A stretch of DNA of 64,000 nucleotides from Actinomycetes bacterium. GTDB taxonomy: Bacteria > Actinomycetota > Actinomycetes > Nanopelagicales > Nanopelagicaceae. Position 1 is the first letter of the stretch, and each line of letters begins with the position of its first letter. Positions 1 through 12,182 of the stretch are shown in pieces. The notes below the pieces were generated by a model that saw only the letters and a list, made by a program, of their open reading frames with translations, did not search any database and was not told where the DNA came from. The stretch is taken from NCBI GenBank assembly GCA_037139795.1, contig JBAXFS010000001.1:3153-67152 (forward strand). The letters are read 5' to 3'. The position numbers and the translations under genes are program-made.

Positions 1-186
1 GTAGCCACACTTTGGGCAGTCCCACTCTGCAGGAATAACTACAGTCTCTTCCACCGCAAAGGATGGACGGACTTCATGTCCATTGGCACAAAAATATGAA
101 ACGTATGCACGGGCGATCGAGTCGCCGCGCTCTGCTTCGCCCATTGGACCGGCGCCGACTCGGCTTCCGCGAATTGCACTTGCCAT
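1..186 (-). CDS. rbpA: RNA polymerase-binding protein RbpA (3' end runs off the window; not in the ORF track)
   Basis: Manual translation: MASAIRGSRVGAGPMGEAERGDSIARAYVSYFCANGHEVRPSFAVEETVVIPAEWDCPKCGY... The AIRGSRVGAGPMGE start and C-x3-H...W-D-C-P-x-C-G are typical of RbpA. GGGAG RBS upstream; usual position after secG. Confidence 0.93.
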   Translation of the reverse strand, partial: MASAIRGSRVGAGPMGEAERGDSIARAYVSYFCANGHEVRPSFAVEETVVIPAEWDCPKCGY

Positions 187-221
187 TAACTACTCCCTAA
201 AACTAATGTGATGTAAAAGAT

Positions 222-449
222 TTACTTGAGAACAAGGCTAAGAGCTACAACGAAAGCAAACCAAAGACCACCAACAACGATTGTGATGCGATCAAGGTTG
301 CGCTCTACAACGGATGAACCGCCATAGTTGGAGGAGATTCCACCGCCGAACAAGTCTGAGAGACCGCTTCCCTTGCCCTTATGAAGTAGGACCAAAAGGA
401 TCATCAAGACGCTCGTAATGATGAGTAAAATCGAGAGAGCTAGTTTCAC
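222..449 (-). CDS. secG: Preprotein translocase subunit SecG
   Basis: 75 aa, two hydrophobic helices around LLHKGKGSGLSDLFGGG and VERNLDRIT; AAGGAG RBS; follows tpiA. Confidence 0.96.
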   Translation of the reverse strand: MKLALSILLIITSVLMILLVLLHKGKGSGLSDLFGGGISSNYGGSSVVERNLDRITIVVGGLWFAFVVALSLVLK

Positions 450-511
450 GGTTAGTAAACTCCTTGTTTCGTAGAGGGTAAGGATACCTTCAATTTGGGC
501 CTGGCACTTAC

Positions 512-1285
512 TTAGCCTTGCGCGTAAAACTTCACAATCTTTGCCAACTCTTCAGGGTCTAGGCTCGCCCCGCCTATGAGAGCGCCATCGACATCGGGCT
601 TGGCCATAATCTCAGCCACATTGAGCGATTTCACTGAACCCCCGTAAAGGATGCGCATTGCGGCGGCGATTTCAGGTGAACCGATATTTTCAACCTCTTC
701 GCGAATTGCTGCGCAGACTTCTTGAGCATCCTCTGGCGTTGCAACTTTTCCAGTACCAATCGCCCAAACGGGCTCGTATGCAATAACTATTTTCTTCAAA
801 TCTGGCTTGCTCAGGCCTTCAAGACCGGCACGAATTTGGCGAATAACGTGACTAACGTGTGCGCCAGATTCACGTACTGATAATTCTTCACCGACACAGA
901 AAATTGGAATCATCTCGTGAGCAAGGGCGGCCTTCATCTTGCGATTAATGAGGGCATCAGTCTCGCCGTGAATTGCGCGGCGTTCGGAGTGTCCGACTAA
1001 AACATATGTGCAACCGAGTTTGTGCAACATCGAACCCGAGATATCTCCAGTAAATGCGCCATTTGCCTCAGGAGATAAATCTTGCGCACCATAGGTTAAG
1101 CGCAGACGATCGCCATCAATCAGAGTTTGAATTGAACGGATATCGGTAAAGGGCGGAATTATTGAAACATCAACGGCGTCGAAATCTTTATCGTTGAGAG
1201 AGTAAACCAGTTTTTGAGCAACTGCGATGGCCTCGAGGTGATTCAAATTCATCTTCCAGTTGCCTGCCATTAAAGGTTTACGCAT
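512..1285 (-). CDS. tpiA: Triosephosphate isomerase
   Basis: [24 protein letters not shown] and LYGGSVK motifs; AAGGAG RBS. Confidence 0.99.
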   Translation of the reverse strand: MRKPLMAGNWKMNLNHLEAIAVAQKLVYSLNDKDFDAVDVSIIPPFTDIRSIQTLIDGDRLRLTYGAQDLSPEANGAFTGDISGSMLHKLGCTYVLVGHSERRAIHGETDALINRKMKAALAHEMIPIFCVGEELSVRESGAHVSHVIRQIRAGLEGLSKPDLKKIVIAYEPVWAIGTGKVATPEDAQEVCAAIREEVENIGSPEIAAAMRILYGGSVKSLNVAEIMAKPDVDGALIGGASLDPEELAKIVKFYAQG

Positions 1286-1296
1286 TACTTTTCTCC

Positions 1297-2483
1297 TTAT
1301 AACCCTAAAGCCATTAGGCCAGGAAGTTCCTTGCCCTCTAAGTATTCAAGTGATGCGCCACCACCGGTTGAAATATATCCAAAATCAGAGTCGGCAAAGC
1401 CTAAAGCGCGAACTGCAGCCGCTGAATCCCCACCACCTACGACGGAGATGCCTGAAACTTTAGTCAGCGCAGAAGCAACTACCTTGGTTCCTGCAGCAAA
1501 GTTAGCAAATTCAAAGACGCCCATTGGGCCGTTCCAAAAAACCGTAACGCACTTTTCAATCTCAGTTGCAAACGCGCCCGCAGATACTGGTCCAATATCT
1601 AGACCCATTTGATTAGCTGGGATCGCATCAACTGAAACTACAGTTGGCGGTGCATCAGCGCTAAAGCTGGGCGCAACAACGATGTCAGTGGGCAAAACAA
1701 GTTTTACACCCTTTGTTTGTGCGCTTTCAATTAATCCTTTGACTGTTTCAATCATTTCTATCTCGACTAGCGAAGTGCCAATCTCTTTGCCTTGGGCGGC
1801 AAGAAAAGTAAATACCATTCCCCCACCGATAGCCAAGACATCGACCTTGCCAAGAAGATTTTCAATGACTGCGAGTTTATCTGAGACTTTCGCGCCACCT
1901 AGAACAACACCGTACGGACGGGCAGGATTCTGTGTCAGTTTCTTTAATACGTCCACTTCGGCCGATACAAGAAGTCCGGCAGCATGTGGCAACAGTTTAG
2001 GTAAGTCAAAGACCGATGCGTGTTTTCGGTGCACTGCGCCAAATCCATCACCGACATATACATCGGCAAGTTCGGCAAGTTGCTTCGCAAAAACTAAACG
2101 TTCGGACTCATCTTTGCTTGTTTCGGCGGCATCAAAGCGAATATTTTCAAGCAAGAGAATTTCTCCCGGGTTAAGAGCTTTTGCAGTCTTTGCAATTGCC
2201 TCCCCCGTGAGTTCGCCGGTGAAAATGATCTCTTGTCCTAACAATTCGCCAAGACGCTTAGCAACAGGAGCTAATGAAAACTCCGCCGCAGGTACGCCTT
2301 TTGGGCGACCTAAATGCGCTGCAATAACAATCGATGCACCTTTATTGAGCAAAAGTTGAATAGTTGGAAGCGAGGCTTTGATTCGACCATCATCTTTAAT
2401 GATGCCGTCTTTTAACGGCACATTGAGATCACAGCGAAGAAATACTCGCTTTCCACCTACATCAAGATCTGCAAGATTTGGCA

Positions 2484-2484
<1 letters not shown>
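1297..2484 (-). CDS. pgk: Phosphoglycerate kinase
   Basis: [24 protein letters not shown] and [10 protein letters not shown] motifs. Start moved to the ATG at 2484 (MPNLADL), which overlaps the gap stop as TAATG. Confidence 0.98.
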
Positions 2485-3500
<1,016 letters not shown>

Positions 3501-3622
3501 TCATGGAGGGCTTTCGAATAGAAAACCCAACGGTTGATGGTTTGAATTGCTGCCACAACGTTGGGGTCTTGGGATGAATCCTATCAGTGGGTATAGCGCT
3601 CACTCTTGCTTAGAAAGAGTGT

Positions 3623-4600
3623 TTAATTCAACAAATCAGGTGATAGCCCGCTCTCGGTATCGGGAATTCCGAGTTCACTGGCACGTTTATCGGCCATTGC
3701 CAGCAATCTCCGGATTCGACCAGCGATTGCATCCTTAGTCATGGGTGGAACGGCCAGCGAGCCGAGCTCTTCTAAGGATGCTTGGCCGTGATTGATGCGC
3801 AGCTCCCCGGCCTCTTTCAAGTGGTCGGGGATCGTAGCCCCGAGAATCTCCATTGCGCGCGCCACACGAGCAGATGCGGCAACGGCGGCGCGGGCAGAGC
3901 GACGAAGATTTGCATCATCAAAGTTAGCAAGTCGATTGGCCGTTGCGCGAACTTCACGGCGCATGCGGCGCTCTTCCCACGCAAGAACTGATTCATGCGC
4001 ACCGAGTCGAGTAAGCAACACTCCGATTGCATCGCCATCACGAATAACAACACGATCAACGCCGCGAACTTCGCGCGCCTTTGCAACGATTCCCATTCGG
4101 CGAGCTGCACCAACTAATGCAAGGGCCGCCTCTGGACCTGGACACGTAATTTCAAGTGAAGACGAGCGACCGGGTTCAGTTAATGAGCCATGAGCGATAA
4201 ATGCTCCGCGCCATGCGGCCTCTGAATCACAGATTGCAGCTGAGACAACTTGAGGAGGTAATCCTCGTACTGGTCGGCCATGCGAATCTACAAGTCCAGT
4301 TTGGCGTGCAAGTGAATCGCCCGCTTCAATAACTCGAACAACGTAGCGCGAACCTTTTCGCAAACCACCCGATGATAAAACCGCTAAATCTGAATCATGG
4401 CCGTAAATGTCGGCAATATCTTTGCGCAATCGGCGTGCACTCTGAGAAGTTTCAAGTTCAACTTCAATGAGAATCTTTCCGCCGGCGATATGCAGTCCCC
4501 CAGCAAATCGAAGGAGGGATGAAACTTCGGCTTTGCGGCAGCACGGCTTAGTAATTGAAATTCGGCTGAGTTCATCTTTAACTGCTGCTGTCATTGCCAT
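3623..4600 (-). CDS. whiA: DNA-binding protein WhiA
   Basis: [39 protein letters not shown] and SLEELG...[12 protein letters not shown]. Start moved to 4600; rapZ-yvcK-whiA synteny. Confidence 0.97.
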   Translation of the reverse strand: MAMTAAVKDELSRISITKPCCRKAEVSSLLRFAGGLHIAGGKILIEVELETSQSARRLRKDIADIYGHDSDLAVLSSGGLRKGSRYVVRVIEAGDSLARQTGLVDSHGRPVRGLPPQVVSAAICDSEAAWRGAFIAHGSLTEPGRSSSLEITCPGPEAALALVGAARRMGIVAKAREVRGVDRVVIRDGDAIGVLLTRLGAHESVLAWEERRMRREVRATANRLANFDDANLRRSARAAVAASARVARAMEILGATIPDHLKEAGELRINHGQASLEELGSLAVPPMTKDAIAGRIRRLLAMADKRASELGIPDTESGLSPDLLN

Positions 4601-4604
4601 GGGC

Positions 4605-5549
4605 TTATCCAACCAAACTTTGACGCATAATGTGGCCCAAATGAAGAGCTAATTGTGTGACATCGTGATGGATACTGCCTGGGGCCTTGCGAATATCTAC
4701 GGCAACGACCTGTCCTCCGAGCTTTCTAGCTATTCGAGCCAACTCCTTTTCATTTCGAACCACAGATTTATCGACAAGGAAGTAATCGATTTCAACTTCT
4801 GGGGCATATTCGGCAAATAATTCAAGGTGCTCCTCAGGTGTAGATCCAGCGAACTCTTCACCTGGCGAATTCGAAGTGGCATCTAAATTAAGAATCAAAA
4901 TCTTCTTGGCCTTAGTCCTAGAGAGTGCATCTAACTGCATAGGAACCAACAGATGTGGCATCACGCTTGAAAACCACGAACCTGGACCCATCGTGATCCA
5001 ATCGGCAACACGGATTGCAGTCAGCGCCTCCATGCGCGCTGGTGGATTTTGTGGAATAACGCGAAGTGATTCGATGCGCCCTTTGGCTGTAGCGACCTCT
5101 TTTTGTCCGCGCACAACGATGCGTCCGGTGGAGGTATTAAAAGTTCCTTCAATATCTAATGGCACGGCCGCCATTGGCAGGACGCGACCAATAACTTTGA
5201 GCAGTGATCCAACGCGATCTAAACCAACAACTGGATCACTATCTTCACTCCATAGAGATGCCAATAATAAATTGCCCATCGCATGGCCATCGAGTGGCCC
5301 GTCGCTGACAAAACGGTGTTGCATGATGTCGGCCCATGTGCGACCCCACTCATCATCGGCACATAAAGCGGCAAGGGCCATACGTAAATCACCTGGTGGG
5401 AAAATGGAAAACTCTTCACGCAACCGTCCACTTGAGCCACCGTTATCGGCAACGGTAACTATCGCAGTGATGTCCGAAGTCACCTCGCGCAGGGCCGACA
5501 AAGTTGCAGCCAAACCATGACCACCACCTAAAGCAACAACTTTGCTCAC
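4605..5549 (-). CDS. yvcK: YvcK/CuvA family UDP-sugar-binding gluconeogenesis factor
   Basis: [34 protein letters not shown] and GPGSWFSSV motifs; lies between rapZ and whiA. Confidence 0.95.
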   Translation of the reverse strand: MSKVVALGGGHGLAATLSALREVTSDITAIVTVADNGGSSGRLREEFSIFPPGDLRMALAALCADDEWGRTWADIMQHRFVSDGPLDGHAMGNLLLASLWSEDSDPVVGLDRVGSLLKVIGRVLPMAAVPLDIEGTFNTSTGRIVVRGQKEVATAKGRIESLRVIPQNPPARMEALTAIRVADWITMGPGSWFSSVMPHLLVPMQLDALSRTKAKKILILNLDATSNSPGEEFAGSTPEEHLELFAEYAPEVEIDYFLVDKSVVRNEKELARIARKLGGQVVAVDIRKAPGSIHHDVTQLALHLGHIMRQSLVG

Positions 5550-5551
5550 AA

Positions 5552-6415
5552 CTATTCGCGTCCTACATCACGGTGCGTTGGATAAGCCGAAATTCCATTG
5601 TCAATCGTGTTGAGTTGTTTAGCTATCTCTTGAGTAATCGCGACACTGCGGTGCCTTCCACCCGTACAACCAACGGCGATTGTTAAGTACTTCTTTCCCT
5701 CCTGCATATACCCAGGCACCATCGACGCAACTAAATCTACATATGCCTTAACGAACTCCGGTATCCCACTATTACCTAAGACTTTGTCGCTCACTTGTGG
5801 CGTTAAGCCCGTGAGTGGACGTAGCTCTGGAATCCAATGCGGGTTCGGGATAAAACGGCAATCTAGAACTAAATCAGAGTCAACGGGAATTCCATACTTA
5901 TACCCAAAAGACAAAACATTGATTCGGATTCCTTGAACTTTGCCACCACCGAAAATCTCGCCAATTCTCTTTTCTAACTGGTGCACATTCAGATTTGTCG
6001 TATCGATTGCTACATCGCACTGGGATCGTACTTCATCTAACTTTTCGCGCTCTCGTGCAATTCCATCAACGATTCGATCTGAGCCCTGCAATGGATGAGG
6101 CCTACGGGTGGATTCAAAACGTTGCACCAACATTTGATCTGTGGCATCGAGAAAAACTAAACGATATGCCGAACCATTATTTTTCAACTCATCAAGGGCT
6201 GCCATGAGTTCATCAAAGAAATGCCCTCCACGCACATCGACAACAACTGCATACTCTTTGCCTTCTGGACCAGTGCCTTTCCCAACTAACTGCGGCAGAA
6301 GCGATGGCGGCAAATTGTCGACCACATACCAACCCAAATCCTCCAGAGCATGTGCTGCGGTAGAACGGCCGGCGCCAGACATTCCAGTTAAAATCAATAT
6401 CTCACTGCTACTCAT
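5552..6415 (-). CDS. rapZ: RNase adapter / P-loop NTPase RapZ (YvcJ)
   Basis: TGMSGAGRS, LEDLGWYVVDNLP, SFGYKYG, DCRFIPNPHW and GCTGGRHRSV motifs. Confidence 0.97.
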   Translation of the reverse strand: MSSSEILILTGMSGAGRSTAAHALEDLGWYVVDNLPPSLLPQLVGKGTGPEGKEYAVVVDVRGGHFFDELMAALDELKNNGSAYRLVFLDATDQMLVQRFESTRRPHPLQGSDRIVDGIAREREKLDEVRSQCDVAIDTTNLNVHQLEKRIGEIFGGGKVQGIRINVLSFGYKYGIPVDSDLVLDCRFIPNPHWIPELRPLTGLTPQVSDKVLGNSGIPEFVKAYVDLVASMVPGYMQEGKKYLTIAVGCTGGRHRSVAITQEIAKQLNTIDNGISAYPTHRDVGRE

Positions 6416-6419
6416 GGTC

Positions 6420-7400
6420 TTATCCTCTTACATCTGTCAAGAACCCGCCAACACGCTCCATGCTCTTGGCCAGATAGGCGGGCAACATAGCTTTATGTTC
6501 AGGATTCTTGGTTTCATACAAATAGTTGAGTAGGAACAATCTACGCTGCAGAAGCAATGAGCTCATCTGCGCCTTTGTATATCTCGGAAGTTCGCAGACC
6601 GATTTATATCCTTCAAGAACCGCAGCATTTTGTTCAGGGGTATCCAAGTAATACAACATAACGGCTAAGTCCTGATGAGGAATTCCATAGCCACAATCAT
6701 CAAAATCAAAGATAAACAGTTCACCCTCGTGCCACATCAGATTCCACCCGTGAAAATCGCCATGAATGACCTGAATTGGATTCGCAGCAAAGAGATTTCG
6801 TGTGTCAGCCTCGATAATCTCAACGGCTGACTTGATTGCAATGAACTCCTGTGAAGTCAGTAAGGATTTATCGCTGAGCAAAAAACCTTCAGTTCCCCAC
6901 AGCCAATCATTAAAGGTGGGCAACTGCGCCGCCTCTGAAAGTTCGAATCGACGTGAGTTTTGGTGCATCGTTGCCATCGCCGCGCCAACTTTAATCAACT
7001 GATCAAGCGTTGGCTCATCACCAATCTCTTCACCTTCAAGCCAGGTGTAGAGAATGCCAAAGATGTCTTTTCCTGATTCTGCGTGGTGAATCGAAGAAAT
7101 ATAACTGTCTTTACTATTGGCAACAGGTCTTGGAACTTTTAACCCTGGCACCCTTGCCATGAAGTCAACAAACTCGATCTCGCCGTGCATGTTCTCCTGC
7201 GTACGGGTGGAGTTCACATTAAGGCGTAAGGCGTATTTATCTCCTGTACTAGTAACTACTGAAAAAGTGGCATTGAACTCATAATTAATGCATTTAAACT
7301 CAACCTCATTTAGGCCATAATCCGCGAGCATCTCTCGTGCGCACTTAGTAAATGAATCGATCTGCAGTTCATTTGTAGAATCGAAAAAATCTGGAGTCAC
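6420..7400 (-). CDS. APH/choline-kinase-fold phosphotransferase (homoserine kinase type II-like), substrate unknown
   Basis: IHGDFHGWNL (HGDxxxxN) and IFDFDDCGYG (DFDD) catalytic motifs; YALRL N-lobe. GTG start overlaps the uvrC stop (TAGTG). Confidence 0.85.
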   Translation of the reverse strand: MTPDFFDSTNELQIDSFTKCAREMLADYGLNEVEFKCINYEFNATFSVVTSTGDKYALRLNVNSTRTQENMHGEIEFVDFMARVPGLKVPRPVANSKDSYISSIHHAESGKDIFGILYTWLEGEEIGDEPTLDQLIKVGAAMATMHQNSRRFELSEAAQLPTFNDWLWGTEGFLLSDKSLLTSQEFIAIKSAVEIIEADTRNLFAANPIQVIHGDFHGWNLMWHEGELFIFDFDDCGYGIPHQDLAVMLYYLDTPEQNAAVLEGYKSVCELPRYTKAQMSSLLLQRRLFLLNYLYETKNPEHKAMLPAYLAKSMERVGGFLTDVRG

Positions 7401-9319
7401 TACTTACTCTCCACAATCTCACCCGATGCGGTATTTATTTGTTGCGAACTAATAGCTAAAAGGTGTTCACTTATAACTGCGGCAATCTTGCTACCTATAC
7501 CCGGTGTCGCAGCGATATCTTCCACCGTTGCCTTACGAATGGCAGCTACTGAGCCAAATCGTTCCAACAACGCTTTTCTACGTGCCTGCCCTAGTTGCGG
7601 AATCTCATCAAGAATTGACTCGAGCATTACTTTAGAGCGGCGCGAGCGGTGGAAAGTAATCGCAAAGCGGTGAGCCTCGTCGCGAATTCGCTGCAGTAAA
7701 TAAAGGCCCTCGCTAGACCTTGGCAAGATTAATGGATCTGGTGAGCCGGGAAGCCACACCTCTTCCAAACGCTTAGCTAAACCGCAGAGTGCAATGTCAG
7801 AAATGCCAAGTTCAGTCAATGCGCGGGCGGCGGCGTTAACTTGAGGTGCACCTCCATCGACAACGATGAGTTGCGGCGGATATGAAAACTTACTTAACTT
7901 TCCTCCTAGCTCAGCAACCTCCGCCGAATCCACCGATCGGTCATCTATGAGGCGTTTTAATCTACGCGTGATCACTTGATGCATAGCTCGAGTGTCATCA
8001 AAACCTTCATCGGTATTAATAATGAACCTGCGATACTCACTCTTTTTCGCCAGACCGTCCTCAAAGACAACCATTGATGCGACCACGGAGGTTCCCGAAA
8101 TGTTGGAGATATCAAAACACTCTATTCGAAGTGGAGGTTTAGGCAGATCGAGCGCTTGCTCTATCTCAATCAGCGCTTTACCGCTAACGGCCGCATCGGT
8201 TGAACGCTTACTTAAGAATTGAATCAGTGAGTATTGGGCATTGCGTTTGACCGTTGCTAAGAGCTCCATCTTTTCTCCGCGTTGTGGAACCTTGATATCG
8301 ACCTTAGTCGAACCAATTCCACCAAGCCACTGCTCTAACTGTTCTTTATCAATAGGGTCTGAGTTGATATAGATATTGCGAGGAACCGGGATTGCTCCAG
8401 TTCCGTAGATTGAGTACAACAATGCGGTTAACTCATCTTGGCCTTCAAGAGCCATCTCTTGATCAACTATCCAAGATCTGGAACCCTTCACTGATCCGCG
8501 TTGCATTGAAAAGATAGAGCCCGCGGCATGGAATCCATCGTGATAGATAGAGATGAAATCGCCATCTAGATCATCGGAGAAATTACCATCAGTCGATTTT
8601 TGCGCCTTCTCAAATGATTCGATCTGATCTCTAAGGCGCGCCGCTCTTTCAAACTCCTCATTGGCTGCGGCTGCATTCATCTCATCGTGCAACTTTGGCA
8701 GGATATTTTCCATCCCGGACTCCATGAACTCATTGAGTTGTTCAGCTAATTTTTTGTGGTCCTCTTTTGAGATCCAGTCAACGCATGGTGCAGCACATTT
8801 ACCAATGTCGCCTAGCAGGCACTGCCTATTGCTGCGCTGTGCACGCGTGAAGTTTGAAGAGGAGCATGATCTGACCGGAAAAACCTTGAGTAGGACTTCG
8901 AACGTGTTTCGAAGCGCCCACGCATTTGTATACGGACCAAAGTACTTCAGCCCAGGGCGTTTGTCTTTGCGGGTAATGAAAATCATTGGATATTCTTCAT
9001 TGAGCGACAAGGCCAAATAAGGATAAGACTTGTCATCTTTGAATTGAACGTTGTACTTCGGTTGATACTGCTTGATCCAACTAAACTCTAACGCCAACGC
9101 CTCTAGTTCGGTACTGACAATTGTCCAATCAACACGAACCGCTTCATTAACCATCCGATGCGTTTTGGTAGCCAAATTTGCCTGGAAGTAATTGCTGAGG
9201 CGATTTTTTAGATTCTTTGCCTTACCAACGTAGATCACTCTGTCTTCTTTGTTGTAAAAGCGGTACACACCAGGGTGTTCGGGAATGTTGGTTGGCCGAT
9301 AACTTTGAGGATCTGCCAT
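7400..9319 (-). CDS. uvrC: Excinuclease ABC subunit C
   Basis: GIY-YIG N-terminus (PGVYRF, IYVGKAKNLKNRL), RIECFDISN, DGGAPQ, RDEAHRFA and C-terminal HhH. Confidence 0.99.
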   Translation of the reverse strand: MADPQSYRPTNIPEHPGVYRFYNKEDRVIYVGKAKNLKNRLSNYFQANLATKTHRMVNEAVRVDWTIVSTELEALALEFSWIKQYQPKYNVQFKDDKSYPYLALSLNEEYPMIFITRKDKRPGLKYFGPYTNAWALRNTFEVLLKVFPVRSCSSSNFTRAQRSNRQCLLGDIGKCAAPCVDWISKEDHKKLAEQLNEFMESGMENILPKLHDEMNAAAANEEFERAARLRDQIESFEKAQKSTDGNFSDDLDGDFISIYHDGFHAAGSIFSMQRGSVKGSRSWIVDQEMALEGQDELTALLYSIYGTGAIPVPRNIYINSDPIDKEQLEQWLGGIGSTKVDIKVPQRGEKMELLATVKRNAQYSLIQFLSKRSTDAAVSGKALIEIEQALDLPKPPLRIECFDISNISGTSVVASMVVFEDGLAKKSEYRRFIINTDEGFDDTRAMHQVITRRLKRLIDDRSVDSAEVAELGGKLSKFSYPPQLIVVDGGAPQVNAAARALTELGISDIALCGLAKRLEEVWLPGSPDPLILPRSSEGLYLLQRIRDEAHRFAITFHRSRRSKVMLESILDEIPQLGQARRKALLERFGSVAAIRKATVEDIAATPGIGSKIAAVISEHLLAISSQQINTASGEIVESK

Positions 9320-9323
9320 CGCG

Positions 9324-12182
9324 CTACTTCTTAACTGCTACTTTTCTATTAGTCGCAAGCATTGGTGCTAGATATTGACCGGTGTAACTTGTCTTAACTA
9401 GCGCAACCGCTTCAGGTGTTCCTTCGGCGACGACTAATCCCCCGCGGAATCCGCCCTCTGGCCCCATATCTATTACCCAGTCAGAGCATTTAATAACATC
9501 TAAGTTGTGTTCGATGACGATAACGGTATTGCCTGTATCAACCAGACGGTTAAGAACTATGAGCAGTTTGCTCACATCCTCAAAGTGAAGTCCGGTAGTT
9601 GGCTCATCCAGAACATAGATAGTTCGCCCAGTTGAGCGGCGTTGGAGCTCAGTTGCGAGCTTTACGCGCTGGGCTTCACCGCCTGACAGCGTTGGCGCAG
9701 ACTGGCCTAAGCGCACGTATCCAAGTCCAACGTCGTTGAGGGTCTTTAGAAATCTAGCGATAGTTGGTACGGATTCGAAAAATGTGTTTGCCTCTTGAAT
9801 CGGCATATTTAAAACATCGGCGATTGTCTTGCCTTTGTAATGAACCTCAAGGGTTTCGCGGTTATAACGGGCACCATGGCAGACCTCGCATGGCACATAG
9901 ACATCGGGTAAGAAGTTCATTTCGATTGTGATTGTTCCATCGCCCGAACAGTTCTCACAGCGCCCGCCCTTGACGTTAAATGAGAAACGTCCCTGCTGAT
10001 AGCCACGAATCTTGGCCTCAGTTGTTTCAGAAAACAGCGCGCGAACTTTATCGAACAGTCCTGTATATGTAGCTGGGTTAGATCTAGGCGTACGGCCAAT
10101 TGGAGATTGGTCAACGTGCACAACTTTATCGAGAAGATCTACGCCAGTGACACTGCGGTGACGGCCTGGAACCAGACGTGCACCATTGAGTTTGTTCGCA
10201 AGGGTTGTGTACAAAATATCGTTGACGAGCGTTGATTTTCCAGAACCGCTCACTCCCGTTACTGAGACAAATACGCCGAGTGGAATGTCAACATCGATGT
10301 TCTGCAAGTTATTCTCTTTTGCACCCTTAACGGTCAACATGCGCTTTGTATCAATTGGTCTACGCGCCTCTGGAATCGCAATTGATTTACGACCCGATAG
10401 ATAAGCACCAGTAATCGAATCTTTCGATGCAATGAGCTCTTCGTAACTTCCAGAGACAACGACATGACCGCCGTGCTCTCCCGCACCTGGCCCAATGTCC
10501 ACAATCCAATCGGCGGTACGGATGGTCTCTTCATCGTGTTCAACGACAATTAAAGTATTTCCAAGATCGCGCAAATGTGTGAGCGTTTCAATTAAGCGGC
10601 GGTTATCGCGCTGATGCAGACCAATGCTTGGCTCATCTAAGACGTAGAGAACGCCAACTAGGCCGCTACCAATTTGGGTCGCTAAGCGAATTCGTTGGGC
10701 TTCTCCGCCAGAGAGTGTGGCTGCAGGGCGAGCAAGGGATAGGTAATCCAGACCAACGTCGAGAAGGAAGCCTAAGCGGGCGTGGACTTCCTTCATCACC
10801 CGTTCGGCAATCTGGGCTTCGCGCTTAGTTAATTTAATGTTTTTTAGAAACTCGGCGCACTCAGAAATTGATAGTTCTGTAATCTCAGAGATATTCTTAT
10901 TGCCAATTGTTACTGCCAATACTTCCGGCTTTAAACGCGCACCGGCACAGACATGACATGGAATCTGGCGCATATAGGCCTCGTATTTATCGCGGCTGTA
11001 ATCACTATCGGTCTCACTGTGGCGACGGTGAATGAAAGGAACAACGCCTTCAAAGCCCGTCGTGTAGTTCTTGGTGCCATAACGACCTTTGTACTTCATT
11101 TTAATCTCATACTCATAGCCGTTAATGATTGCTTCGCGAGCTTTTACAGAGATCCTCTTCCACGGAATATCAAGCGAGAAAGGCATATCTTTAGCAAGGG
11201 CTTCTAATAAACGGATGAAGTAATCCGATGATTGCCCGCCTGACCAAGGCGCAATTGCACCGTCATTAATGGAGATCGAGTCATCAGGGATGATCAGATC
11301 CTCATCGACCTCTAACTTTGTACCGATTCCAGAGCACTCAGGGCAGGCACCAAAGGGCGAGTTAAAGGAAAATGATCGAGGCTCTAACTCTTCAAAAGAT
11401 AAGTTGCAGTCATGACAGGCTAAGTGCTCGCTGAAGGTACGCTCTTTGTCGGCCGATTTTGCATCTACAAAATCTAAAATGACGATTCCAGATGCTAAAC
11501 GAAGGGCAGTTTCAATTGAATCGGTCAAGCGTGTCTTGCTTTCAACTTTGGCAGTTAATCGATCGACTACTACTTCGATGGTGTGCTTTTCCTGCTTCTT
11601 TAACTTTGGAACTTCCGTGAGTGCTACGACTGTGCCATCGACACGGGCACGTGAATAGCCTTGAGTGATTAGTTCGGCAAATAGATCGACGAACTCGCCT
11701 TTGCGTGCGCGTACAACTGGAGCTAAAACTTGAAACTTCGTTGTCGCTGGCATAGTTAAAATTTGATCCACAATTTGTTGCGGAGATTGGCGCGATACCG
11801 CTTTGCCACAGTTAGGACAGTGCGGACGACCCGCGCGGGCGAAGAGAAGACGCAAGTAGTCATAGACCTCGGTAATTGTGCCGACAGTCGAACGCGGATT
11901 TCGGTTCGTAGATTTTTGATCGATAGAGACTGCAGGAGATAGGCCTTCAATAAAATCCACATCGGGCTTGTCCATTTGGCCCAAGAACTGACGGGCGTAA
12001 GCCGATAGAGATTCGACGTAGCGGCGTTGTCCCTCGGCAAAAATAGTGTCAAAAGCGAGCGATGATTTACCCGAGCCCGAGAGTCCAGTAAAAACAATGA
12101 GGGCGTTACGCGGAAGTTCAATTGAGACGTCTTTGAGGTTGTGCTCGCGGGCACCACGGACCACTAACTTATCGATACTCAC
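9324..12182 (-). CDS. uvrA: Excinuclease ABC subunit A
   Basis: Two ABC domains ([18 protein letters not shown], two LSGGEAQR) and zinc fingers; GTG overlaps the uvrB stop. Confidence 0.99.
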   Translation of the reverse strand: MSIDKLVVRGAREHNLKDVSIELPRNALIVFTGLSGSGKSSLAFDTIFAEGQRRYVESLSAYARQFLGQMDKPDVDFIEGLSPAVSIDQKSTNRNPRSTVGTITEVYDYLRLLFARAGRPHCPNCGKAVSRQSPQQIVDQILTMPATTKFQVLAPVVRARKGEFVDLFAELITQGYSRARVDGTVVALTEVPKLKKQEKHTIEVVVDRLTAKVESKTRLTDSIETALRLASGIVILDFVDAKSADKERTFSEHLACHDCNLSFEELEPRSFSFNSPFGACPECSGIGTKLEVDEDLIIPDDSISINDGAIAPWSGGQSSDYFIRLLEALAKDMPFSLDIPWKRISVKAREAIINGYEYEIKMKYKGRYGTKNYTTGFEGVVPFIHRRHSETDSDYSRDKYEAYMRQIPCHVCAGARLKPEVLAVTIGNKNISEITELSISECAEFLKNIKLTKREAQIAERVMKEVHARLGFLLDVGLDYLSLARPAATLSGGEAQRIRLATQIGSGLVGVLYVLDEPSIGLHQRDNRRLIETLTHLRDLGNTLIVVEHDEETIRTADWIVDIGPGAGEHGGHVVVSGSYEELIASKDSITGAYLSGRKSIAIPEARRPIDTKRMLTVKGAKENNLQNIDVDIPLGVFVSVTGVSGSGKSTLVNDILYTTLANKLNGARLVPGRHRSVTGVDLLDKVVHVDQSPIGRTPRSNPATYTGLFDKVRALFSETTEAKIRGYQQGRFSFNVKGGRCENCSGDGTITIEMNFLPDVYVPCEVCHGARYNRETLEVHYKGKTIADVLNMPIQEANTFFESVPTIARFLKTLNDVGLGYVRLGQSAPTLSGGEAQRVKLATELQRRSTGRTIYVLDEPTTGLHFEDVSKLLIVLNRLVDTGNTVIVIEHNLDVIKCSDWVIDMGPEGGFRGGLVVAEGTPEAVALVKTSYTGQYLAPMLATNRKVAVKK

